Assembly (NCBI GenBank): GCA_028706105.1
Contig: JAQWCF010000002.1
Span: forward strand, 1-56,061
From: Candidatus Margulisiibacteriota bacterium
Lineage (GTDB): Bacteria > Margulisbacteria > Riflemargulisbacteria > GWF2-35-9 > DYQY01
DNA: 56,061 nucleotides
Direction of reading: 5' to 3'
The notes under the pieces were generated by a model, which had not been told where the DNA came from, made no database searches, and saw nothing but the letters and a program-made list of their open reading frames with translations. Of this stretch, positions 9,748-20,100 are shown in pieces; position 1 is the first letter of the stretch; each line of letters begins with the position of its first letter. The position numbers and the translations under genes are program-made.

Positions 9748-10008
9748 GAAAGTTGTGAGAGTGGCTTTAGGAATCCATCCGCTCAAATGAGTAGTGAGAC
9801 CCCCTCAGTCAGACTAAGGCTGACAGCTCCCCACTAAGGGGGAGCGAATAGTTCAGTGCATTTCAGAAGACAGAAACTTGTGAGAGTAACTTTAGGAATC
9901 CATCCGCTCAAATGAGTAGATTGTTTCAGAATGGGGAAAGTTGTGAGCACCTTCCTTTGACAAGGAAGGATTAGGTGTTAAGGGGCGTTGAGAGTAACTT
10001 TAAATACA
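9748..10008 (+). repeat. dispersed direct repeats of a ~47-nt unit (gaaaSttgtgagagtRRctttaggaatccatccgctcaaatgagtag)
   Basis: Near-identical full copies lie at 9748-9794 and 9873-9919. Partial copies lie at 9935-9951 and 9985-10008. Confidence 0.75.
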
Positions 10009-10021
10009 TTACATTGTTTAG

Positions 10022-10027
10022 TAGAAT
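10022..10027 (+). promoter_or_regulatory. -10-like TAGAAT 6 nt upstream of the DUF559 gene ATG (leaderless-type)
   Basis: The plus strand reads TAGAAT-tgagct-ATG. Confidence 0.4.
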
Positions 10028-10033
10028 TGAGCT

Positions 10034-10414
10034 ATGCGCGATAAGTTTACGTTTATTACTTATGAAAAAAGATTATTAGCTTTTTCTAGGATTAATAGAA
10101 TAAACCCGACTCTAGCAGAGGCTAGAATGTGGGATATATTGAAAAAAGATTGTTTTAAGGAATACAGATTTCTAAGACAGAAACCATTATATAAATTTAT
10201 TGCTGATTTTTATTGTAGTGCACATTTGCTTGTTATAGAGGTTGATGGAGATTATCATGATGACAATAAAGAATACGATAAACTAAGGGAAGATATCCTT
10301 AGAGAAAGTTTTGCAATTGAAATAATTCGCTTCACCAATGAAGAAATCTTGAAATACCCCGATCTTGTCATTAAAAAGTTGCTAAAAAAATTACAGCAAA
10401 TAAACCCTTCTTGA
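10034..10414 (+). CDS. DUF559 / Vsr-like endonuclease domain protein
   Basis: 126 aa. The segments ...NPTLAEARMWDILK...YRFLRQKPLYKFIADFYC...LVIEVDG..H match the DUF559 pattern. Confidence 0.8.
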   Translation: MRDKFTFITYEKRLLAFSRINRINPTLAEARMWDILKKDCFKEYRFLRQKPLYKFIADFYCSAHLLVIEVDGDYHDDNKEYDKLREDILRESFAIEIIRFTNEEILKYPDLVIKKLLKKLQQINPS

Positions 10415-10587
10415 TAAAGAAGGGTGGCGACATTGTAGTGTTTCAGCAGTTGTTGCTGTGTTACGCCGGGAAGATTTGATTAAAAAGTTACTAAAAAAAT
10501 TACAGCAAATAAACCCTTCTTGATAAAGAAGGGTGGCGACATCGTAGTGTTTCAGCAGTTGTAGCTGTGTTACGCCGGGAAGATTTG
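10370..10587 (+). repeat. 109-bp tandem duplication (2 copies, 3 mismatches) that includes the last 15 codons and the stop of the DUF559 gene
   Basis: Copy 1 is 10370-10478 and copy 2 is 10479-10587. Each copy holds the hairpin cccttctt-gata-aagaaggg plus a ggcg...cgcc-closed second hairpin. A diverged third copy lies at 10665-10738. Confidence 0.9.
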
Positions 10588-10754
10588 ATTTTAAAAATAG
10601 TATGTTTAAGATAGAAAATATTGGGCAGAATATAGATAGTAGATAGCAAATAGTAAATAGTGAACCCTCTCTGTCAGGAGAGGGTGGCGATATTGTAGTG
10701 GTTAAAAAGTTCTCGGTGTCTTACGCCGGGTGAGGTTAGCGAAAGGATAAAGAT

Positions 10755-13700
10755 ATGACATCAGTTGAAGGAGCACCGAAGTTTTATTTTAAACAAGTGG
10801 CTAAAGGCTTTGATGCAACAACTAGTGGAGCATTAAGAGCTGTTCCAATTTCTGCTGCTAAAATATCAGCCTTGCTTAACGATACATTTAATCCTTCAGT
10901 CCAATTAAATGAAAATTTAGTTGGGCAATTAGAAGGTATTAGCGTGATTTCTGCTAGTTCTTTAGTAGGACCAAGTGAATCAGTTTTAGATAGATTATTG
11001 GATGGTGTTTCTCAAATCCAAGGAGATAGTCATTTTACGAAGGACGGACTTGAAGCTGTTAAGGAAGCATTAAATATATGGCTTACTGCTAGTGATGATA
11101 CATCAAAGGCAACTGCATTGGAAACACTTCAGGGTTTTTTAAAAGATGGAGGTAAAGTAGGGGCTAAAGATGTTTGGGTTATAGATGCAGTTAGTTCGGA
11201 TGCATTGCCATCAGGAATTATATCGTATGCAGAATTGATTATGTTTCAGAAAGAACTGAAGATGGATGTCTCAACACCACCAGCAGTCAAGCCAGATGCA
11301 CCAGCAGCAGTCAAGCCTGAAGCATCACCAGAAATATCACCTGACGATGAAAAAGTTTTAATATCAGTTTTGTCACTTCAAGATTTTGTTATGCGAGCAA
11401 AAAATCCGAGTGACGCAAAAGCGCTTGATAAGTTGCCATTAGATAAGTTGCCATCACAAATCAGGCAGTTATTCACTGGTAATGAAGACATTAGTGATAC
11501 AGCTAAAGTAGCAATGTTAAGGATGCTTGCTCTTGCTGGGTATTTTGGTGAAAGTACAGATTATGAGGGTGAGTCAAAGGGTGTTTTTAAGGAGGGCGGA
11601 CAAGATGTGTCTATTTCTTGGGCAGGCGGTACAGCCTTTAGAACAGAATTTTTTAAACCTATTGAAGGTCACGAGTTGCCACACGTTGACAGAAACTCGT
11701 TAATAAAAGCAATAACTGCTATGTGTCGTTCTTTTGAATCAGTGAAGATGAGAGGTAGTACTGTTAATTTTGAAAAATTTTCTAAAGATTTTATTTCAGC
11801 CTCTGCTTATTCTATTACAAGAAGGAGCACTAACTCCGCTGCTGCTGCTGACCATTTAGCCCGACAATTTAGTTCTGGTGGCCACGCAGTAACTGCAGAC
11901 CAGATGACAAGTTTGGCAAATAATTTTGCTATGGTAACATTACCATTGTCACCAACGGCTCCATTCCGACTTTTTGGTCCAGGGGTTCAATTAGTGCTGA
12001 AGGGCGAGGAGTTAAAGATTTCAGTTCAAGGTGATAACAATGTTTTTTATGAAGTTGTAAGTTTTAAGAAAGCTGACTGGGATAAATTTTTGACATTTAT
12101 GACTCAGAAGAATCCTCCACCAAATGAAAAAGAGAAGGAACTCTTGTTCCTTAATATACTTGAAATGTTGGCACAAGGCGACTTAAATGAAATGACTATT
12201 TATAGAGATGAGGATGTTAAGGAAACAGAGGATATAAACTTAGTAGAAACTCAGGCGAAAGCAACAGCTTTGAAAGCTGCGTTAGCGTCAGTAAAGGGAG
12301 TGGCGACGTCACAGGAACTTTATGACGGATTGAATCGTGAAGGCGTAAATCCTGCATCGCTAATGTATTGGGATGCAGGTAATCCTGCTGTAGCAGCTAA
12401 TGATAAAGCGAACCCTCCTGTCTTAGCTAAAGCGGCTATTCCTCCTTCATGGAAATCAGTATTTACGGGTAACGCAATTGCTGGATATGCTTTGGCTACA
12501 AGCTTTAATGCTGGCACAAATTATCAGTTCAGTATTGAAGGATATACTCCAACGGGAGAAAAGACTACTAAAACTGAGTCATACAAGTTTGAACTTCCCC
12601 AAACGTTTACCAATGCTATTAATGCGTCAACAGCACCACCACTAGCAGCGAGACAAGCAGGAGCAACGGGTGGAGCAGCAGGAACAACTGGAGACACTAA
12701 AGAACCGCCAGCAGATGCAAGTGGAAGACTAACGCTCAGAGAGAGTAATGCTCCCTTATTCCCTGGTATGAAGGTGAAGATTGCTGATTTGGTAGGTGGA
12801 GAGGTTGGTGCTTATAATTTTGATGGGAGTACGTCTTATTCTATATTAAACGGTGAGACAGAATTGACTATTCCTGCAAATGCTACTAAGTTAACTTTTG
12901 CAAAAACAAAAAAGGACGAAACTGATTCCAGTATAACAACGATAGATGATTCATCACCGATTGTTTCGATAGAAGTCAAGAGTGCTGATGCTATAGCCCC
13001 AAAAAGTATGCTTAGTTCAGCCCTTGGTACACCAGAGAATGTGGCAATATACTTGAATGGTCAAATCAAACAGATAACTCCAATTAACATTGCAGAAATT
13101 ATACCTGCCGCAATGCGTAAACTTTATAATGCTGGAAAACTTGTTAAAGAGACGCCAGCGGTATTGGCTTTGGTTTTAGGTAAAATAGATTATGCTAACA
13201 CTGATGTAGCTACTAGTTTTGTGAACGCACTAAATGGATTATCTCCGGATGACTTAGTAAAAGTTTTTATAGCGTTGGATTATGCAAATGGCGTGGAAGC
13301 CTTAAAAACCTTGGTGGCTAATTTCATTGCAAATATGGATTCCGGTAAAAGGAATGAGTTAATTAAGAAAATTAGTGATACTTGGAGTGTAGACGATTTT
13401 TATGATATAGGAAAAAGACTGATAGATATTGTAGATAAAGCTGTTTTTGTTGAAGGCCTTTTGACGGATAACCATGATTTCTCAAAGGTAGCATATTTAA
13501 TGAAAGGGATTTGTGGAGAAGAGTATAATAATATGGTAATTGCTAAGTTGAATGAAAATATAGAGGCAAAGGGGTTGTTGGCTTTAATTAGGGTTGGGGG
13601 ACTGGGTGATAATTTACAGCCAAACATACTTAAGAATAAACAGTTGTATAACCCTGAATTTCTTGGGTCTGCTTCAGGGCGGCTAGTTTTGAAGAAACTG

Positions 13701-14018
13701 ATTACAGAATTACCACAAGAATTTGCTAGTTTCTTAAATGCTTCTGCTTCTGTTGTATTCCATACAGCGGTTGGGTTGCTTTCTAGCAAATGGTTTATGG
13801 CTTTATTAACAGAGACAGCAACTTCAAGTGTAGAGGATAAAGCAAAGGTCATTAAATTTTTAGATGGGTTAACTCAACCAAACGGTCCTAATTTTATTAA
13901 TATTTCAGGTATTAAAGACAAAATTTCAGCTATTCAGGAGATAAGTAAGGATGCAAATATAGGTGATTCAGATGGGGGAAATAACAATCCCAGTCCGAGC
14001 CTACTAGTAACAAGCTAG
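10755..14018 (+). CDS. large hypothetical protein (1087 aa), Ala/Pro-rich linkers, no signal peptide
   Basis: ORF track. It is the only long ORF in this region. It has low-complexity tracts (PPAVKPDAPAAVKPEASPEISP; ARQAGATGGAAGTTGDTKEPPADA). I recognise no family. Confidence 0.75.
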   Translation: MTSVEGAPKFYFKQVAKGFDATTSGALRAVPISAAKISALLNDTFNPSVQLNENLVGQLEGISVISASSLVGPSESVLDRLLDGVSQIQGDSHFTKDGLEAVKEALNIWLTASDDTSKATALETLQGFLKDGGKVGAKDVWVIDAVSSDALPSGIISYAELIMFQKELKMDVSTPPAVKPDAPAAVKPEASPEISPDDEKVLISVLSLQDFVMRAKNPSDAKALDKLPLDKLPSQIRQLFTGNEDISDTAKVAMLRMLALAGYFGESTDYEGESKGVFKEGGQDVSISWAGGTAFRTEFFKPIEGHELPHVDRNSLIKAITAMCRSFESVKMRGSTVNFEKFSKDFISASAYSITRRSTNSAAAADHLARQFSSGGHAVTADQMTSLANNFAMVTLPLSPTAPFRLFGPGVQLVLKGEELKISVQGDNNVFYEVVSFKKADWDKFLTFMTQKNPPPNEKEKELLFLNILEMLAQGDLNEMTIYRDEDVKETEDINLVETQAKATALKAALASVKGVATSQELYDGLNREGVNPASLMYWDAGNPAVAANDKANPPVLAKAAIPPSWKSVFTGNAIAGYALATSFNAGTNYQFSIEGYTPTGEKTTKTESYKFELPQTFTNAINASTAPPLAARQAGATGGAAGTTGDTKEPPADASGRLTLRESNAPLFPGMKVKIADLVGGEVGAYNFDGSTSYSILNGETELTIPANATKLTFAKTKKDETDSSITTIDDSSPIVSIEVKSADAIAPKSMLSSALGTPENVAIYLNGQIKQITPINIAEIIPAAMRKLYNAGKLVKETPAVLALVLGKIDYANTDVATSFVNALNGLSPDDLVKVFIALDYANGVEALKTLVANFIANMDSGKRNELIKKISDTWSVDDFYDIGKRLIDIVDKAVFVEGLLTDNHDFSKVAYLMKGICGEEYNNMVIAKLNENIEAKGLLALIRVGGLGDNLQPNILKNKQLYNPEFLGSASGRLVLKKLITELPQEFASFLNASASVVFHTAVGLLSSKWFMALLTETATSSVEDKAKVIKFLDGLTQPNGPNFINISGIKDKISAIQEISKDANIGDSDGGNNNPSPSLLVTS

Positions 14019-14095
14019 ATTGACTTTCATATAATCAATTTTTATTAGAAAAAAATGTTTATAAATCCACTTTTATGGGAATACTATATTATAGG

Positions 14096-14101
14096 TATAA
14101 T
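14096..14101 (+). promoter_or_regulatory. possible -10 box TATAAT about 35 nt upstream of the giant ORF
   Basis: The plus strand reads ataggTATAATat. A weak -35 (ttatgg) lies 17 nt upstream, and an AAGGA SD follows before the ATG at 14137. Confidence 0.3.
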
Positions 14102-14136
14102 ATAGTATAGAAGATTTAACAGAAGGATGGGTTTAT

Positions 14137-17100
14137 ATGGGATTTGGTGATGGTAACATTGGCGCTTTTGGAGGTTATGGTTCTTCAAGAACTAGCATTC
14201 CTGCTGTATCTTCTATTCCAGAAGTTAAGAAAGTAAAAGTTAATCAAGAACAAGAACTTTCTGCGTTATCCGCTAATGTTGTTTTTCCAATAGATAAGAG
14301 AGGGAACTTGGTTGTTCCTCAAGAATTAAAACAGTTAATTGCTCAAGGCAGAGATTTAGCTGTGATGGTTACCTTTAATGATGATAGTCAACAAAGATTA
14401 GTGATTGGTGAAAGTAACAAAGATTTACTATTTCAGCTAGACTCAAAGGATATATTTGCAATTCAAGTTGGAATTGTGTCAGGTAAAGGGGATACAACTT
14501 CCCCTAGTATAGAGTTTGGATATATGCCAGAAGACCTTATCAGGTTAAGAGAAAATATTGTTATAACAATCAATGAAAAGAATGAAATTAAGTGGCCAAC
14601 ACTCAAGAGTGTCGAAGATAAGGATTATTCTTTTAAGGTTGGAAATGTAGAAGTAGATAAGTCAAAAGTTTTTAACTATGATACGAATAATCCAATATAT
14701 TTAATTGTAAAAAGACAAGGGTTAGTTTTTTCATTTAAACTTAAGTTAGAAAGAAAGATTGCAGAAACTGCTGCTACTAAAAAAATACAATCAGCTGACA
14801 CAATATTTACTGAAGCAGTAAGTCCTATTTCAGAACAAGTAACAATCAAAGGTGTAACTATTAATGAGAACAAAGCTGTAATGCCTACCTTAGATGCTGC
14901 TGATAGTAAGGTTAAGGCACTTGAGGAGAATGGATACAATCTGTATTGGAAATATTCAAACGAAAACGGGACAAAGTATTTGCCTTTTTCAGAAGGAAGC
15001 ATCGCCTTAGCTGATGGGTATTATGATCAAGGAAATATTTCTTTATACATAGGAAAGAGTTCTATTAAAAAATCAGAAATTAACAATGAGTTGTTAGTCT
15101 ATAGTGAAACGAGGTTAGATGTACAAGCTGTTGTTGCTTTGAAAAGTAAAGTTGATGAGATATGGAGCTTTTTAATTGACCAAGGGATTCTTGAGAAGAC
15201 TGATAGCCCCGAAGGTTCTGCAAATATTCTAGTTTCAACAGATGAGATAGAACAAATTCTTATTAATTCTAGTTTTGATTACAACACAAAGGTAATTCTT
15301 TTTCAATTATTAACAAAGAGTATTAACATTGATTTAAAAGTTGACTTGGATATGTATGTTTCAAAAGATGTTGATTTTAGTACACCGATACCAACGCTAG
15401 ATGTGGCAAAAATTGAAATTAATAGAGAAGGTAACGCAAGTTTTGGACTTCTTGTTAAGGAAGGCAAGGTATCAGTTTCTTTATCTTTCCAACAAAAAGA
15501 TCTTGCAATTAAACTTGGGTGCAAAGAAAGTGATTTGCAAAAGTTATTTATGAAGGCTCAAGAAAATGGGTATGTCGATGCTTTAACAGGTGGATTAGTA
15601 ATTACAAGTGATAATTTAATGCAAATAAAAGAATTAATAGAAGATGTTAATTTAAAAGAGAATTGGGATATTTTATTTTCAAGCGTTGAGTTACCAATGG
15701 ACATACAAATTAGTTCTAAATCATCTGCATATGAACGGAAGAGTGTTCAGTTTTTTATTGGAAATCAATTAAATCTTAAAAAGGGAGAGATTTTAGTTTC
15801 TTGGACAAATGGTGTCGATAGCTTGACTTTAGCTCCTGAAGTTTCGAATCAACTTATTGAGGTGGAGCGTGTAGTTGGAGTTAATGAAAACAGAGTTCTC
15901 GCTCCAGAGATAGAAGGTTTATTAGGAGAAGTTGATATGTTTTATGCAGTAGAAGGAAACGGTATTTCCAGTTTCAGTAGGATAAACCAATATGGTCAAT
16001 CCTTGAATGAATTGGCTATTGATTATTTATTAGAAAATGAAGCAACAGTAAACAGGATAAGACAAGCAATTATTGACAACAAACCAATTGAAAATAAAGA
16101 TAAAGTTTTTATTTATGATTTGTTGTTTTTTGGCTTTAATAAAAGCAGATTAATTAATGATTCTATGTTTAGTTTTGAAGATAGTAAAAGTGTTGACCAA
16201 ATGTCAATTTCAGGAATGTTTTTAAGGGTTGAAGTTTTAAACGTTTTGTTTGGTAAGCAATTCGCGTATTTAAAAGATTTTTCTGATGTTTTTAAGATGG
16301 TTTTTAATCAGCAGGAATATAAAGCAATAGCCTATCAAAGAACAAATATAGATACAAGTTCCCTTGAAGTTTTGAAGCAACCAACGGATGTTCAATCTAG
16401 CGGTGACAGTAGGGCAGTTCAGCAATCTAATGAAGATAATTATGTTTATTTTGTTGAAAAAATTGAAAATTTTGAGAATCTTTTCGAGGCATATGTGGCA
16501 CCAAGAAATCAACAAATGGAAGAGATACAACAAATGCTGCATATGTATAATCCAGCATTTGCTGATATTAATGGACAAAAAGGTATAAGAAGCGATGAGA
16601 TGAGATATTTGGCAAATTTGTTTAGCGAGGAAACTGCCTCAGCTCAGGAGATGGTTGGTTTGTTTCAAAATAATCAGCAAATGATTATTCAATTGTATAA
16701 CCAATATCCAGAAGTTAGGAAAATTATAGATGATGCAAAATTACAAGCATTTGTTGATCCATTAACTATATCATTGTTGATTAAAGGGCAAGGCGAGTCT
16801 TTAAATACTAGCGGTATAAAAAATGAACAGTTTATAAAACAGGCATCTGCTATAAATCTTGGTATTACAAAGGCAGATGGTACTCCACTAACGCTTTATG
16901 ACTTATTGGTTGTTGGTAATCAGTTATTAACTGGAATATCTGGAACGCTTATTAAAGAATCTTTTAAATATGAAAATAATAGTCAGTTAAAGGCCTATAG
17001 CATTCTAAATAGTAGGGCTGTTTTTGGTTATTCAATAAGCCAGGTGTATCAGTCTTTAGAACAAAAGTTGCTAAGCAAACTAAGAGGTTCAAATGAGTCT

Positions 17101-20100
17101 TTAATTGAAATATTCTCAGGCACAAAGTTGTATCAATTTTTAGTGGATGAGTTTAATAAAGATAGTCAGGGAATAGCAACAGTTGAAGAGTATTGTTTGA
17201 GTTATATTCAGAAGAAATTTGAGGCTAAATATTCAGAGATTGAAAGTTATTTAAAAGACGGAAAAGGAGATGGTTCTGCTATACAGATGTTAATTGAACA
17301 TTTTGCTGGTAGTGCTATAGATAGAAAGGTTTTAGGTCAAATTAAAGATGTTAAAATTGTTCCTAATCAATTATCAAAAAGTAATTATAGTGTTAACCCT
17401 GATAAATTAAATGAGCCTAAATATAGAGCTGCAATTCTGAATTTGGTATATCAAACACAAGTAAATAAAACTCAGGGTCATGGGTTTAGGCAAACAACAA
17501 ATGTTTTTAATCAGATCAATATTTATCAACTTAAAGAGATAATAAATATTATTTCTTCAGATGAAGATTTTTCTGAACTTATAAAGCCATTAAAAGAATT
17601 AGTTGCTACTTTAGAGAATACTGGTTGTGTTCTGATAAAGAGTGTAGCTAGTGGGTTTGAATATTATAAAGCTGATGGTTCTTTTGTTACAGTTGCGGCA
17701 ACACCGTTAATTGAATTAGTTAAAGGATTGGTTGATAGAAATATTTTGCAGGGCGTAGTGGAAACATCCAAGACTTTTACAGCTAAATTACAAAAATCAT
17801 TAGCAGCTGATAGAGATATTAAGGTGCAAACAAAGGTTATTAGTTTTGATAAGCAGTTTAATATTGATAGTTGGACAAGGATAAGGTTGCTGTATTTAAA
17901 GCAAACAAATATAGAAGCATATAATAATATAGTAGCTGCTTTAGCCAAAGTAGAAGATAACGATTTAAGTGATCCTAATGTTTTACGTTATTTGAGTTCC
18001 GTTTATATGAATCCTACTTTCTTGTTGTCTCAGAATAAGCCTGTACCAAGCGAAAATTTATTTATGCTTGATGCTGATTTTGCTCTTTGGCTAATAGATG
18101 TAATTCAAAGTGATAGTTCTGCTTTTTTGGGAGCAGATTTAATAGTTGACTTAGTTTTTGGGAGGAGGCAGACATTTACTCCTGATAAGAAAACTGTGTT
18201 GAATTATTCGCAGGGAGATATAGGGGAAGCCTTAACTGAAATCAGAAACAAGATTTTGGAAGGAAAAATTACTTTTAAAAATAACGAAACGATGCTTCTT
18301 GATGGTGACAGTCCTGAAATGAAAAAATTGAAAACATTAATGGCTGTATGGATTCATGGTGTAGATAATAACGCTATTCAGAAACTAGTTGATTTGAAAG
18401 ATTCTACTGCTGAACCACAAGTGGCTGATTTGCAGGATGCAAATAATTTATTTGGCTCATCAGCTGTGTCCTTTATTAATCAATACTTTGGACCAGTTCC
18501 AAGTTTGGGTAGTTGGTTAACATCAGGAGCATCAAAGGTTGCTGGTTTGCCAGAAGTGGGGATACTTACTTCAAATATTAAAGATGCATTTTCTGGTCTT
18601 ATTACAAATTCTGCATATAATAGCGACCGCTTAAAGAGCGAGGTGATTTATCATAATTTAATTTTATCAAATAATGAAATGAGTGATGAGTATGTTGATG
18701 TTTTTATTAATGGACTAAGAAGTTATATTAATCAAACATACTTTCATCCTTCAAGTGAGCTATCAAAAAAGGAAATAGAGGAATTACTGCAAGGGTGGGA
18801 ATCTCTGAAAGATGTTGAGCCTAAAGGAAACTATGTTATCACTCAGGAAAACTGCAAAAGTAATTTAAAGTATTTATATATTTTAAAATTAGCTGCGGTG
18901 GCATCATTTTTAACAATGAATGATGGACTTGGTCGTTCTCAGGAATTAGTTTTAGTTGATGGATACATGACAGGAGCGGAAAAGAAAGAGCCAGTTAGTG
19001 ATGGTGGCGGGTCTGCACTAGGTGGTTTAGCTTGGGATTTATTGAAAGGAAATAACCCAGCGTTTGTTTTTAGTGAAGGATATCAGTATGTAAGCGCAGT
19101 ATCTGAAGAGAAAAAAAAGGAAGGTCATGTAGCTTTAGGGGTAGGTGTTGGTGATGCTACTTTAAATTATGTTAGAACCCCTCTTGAGTTTATGAAGTTG
19201 AGTTGGTATTTTAAGTTTTCAAGACCTTTAGATATTTGGAAAAGTGTTATTTCTCAGGTGTCAGGAGAAAATAATGTTTTACATCAAAAAGAAATAGCAT
19301 CTCAAGTTGCATTGGTTACTGCACAGATAGATATAATACGGGATTTGCAGAAATATGGTGAATCGTATGGGTTAAGTGTTGCAGTAATAGGTGATGTAAC
19401 TAAATCTATTGTTGGTATGGAGAATGTTATTAAAACTATTAGAAATCTAACTTCTTTAAAAGATATTGAAAAGAAAAAGTTAGAAATTTTTGTTTTACTT
19501 TCTATGTATATTAATGAAGCAGGTGTTGCAAATAAAGATAGTTTGAAAACAGAATTGTTTGAGCAATTTAAAGGCATAAAAGAAATAACTGTATTGGATA
19601 GATATATAAAAGTAGTTAGCAAATTAATAATTATGAAAAAAGATGGACTTAGTTTAGATGATAGTAGTTATCTTTCAATGCTTAAAAATAGCGATGGGTT
19701 GTTGGTTTTAGAAGAAAAAATAAAAGAAAAATACCAAAAAAGTAGATGGGATTATTTAGAAGGAGCTTCGTTTGGAGGATATGAGGCTGATCATAGTCTT
19801 GGTGCTTTTCAATCTTTGGATGAAGACATTGATGACTTGATGGGGACTGTTTGGAAAAGGGTTGCTGACACTGCAGTTGAAGTAGCTACCATTCAGTTAG
19901 ATATTTATAATTTCACACATAGCTTCTATCAATTCTATCAGTACTTAGGCATATGGGAAGACATGTCAAACGCAGCTACCCCTAGTGATTGGGCTGCAGT
20001 TTGGATAAAGATTAATTTGGCTAATATGTATGTTTTGCCAAAGTCAGGACAAAAATTTAGTGATAGCTGGATGGGCAGGACAGTTGGCAGAGATGTAATT

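Noticed and set aside
9377-10740. Possible CRISPR array, given the many direct repeats
   Set aside because: The 21-bp units are contiguous with no spacers and lie in-frame within a CDS. The 47-nt and 109-bp repeats have too few copies and irregular or no spacers. No cas genes are present in the window.
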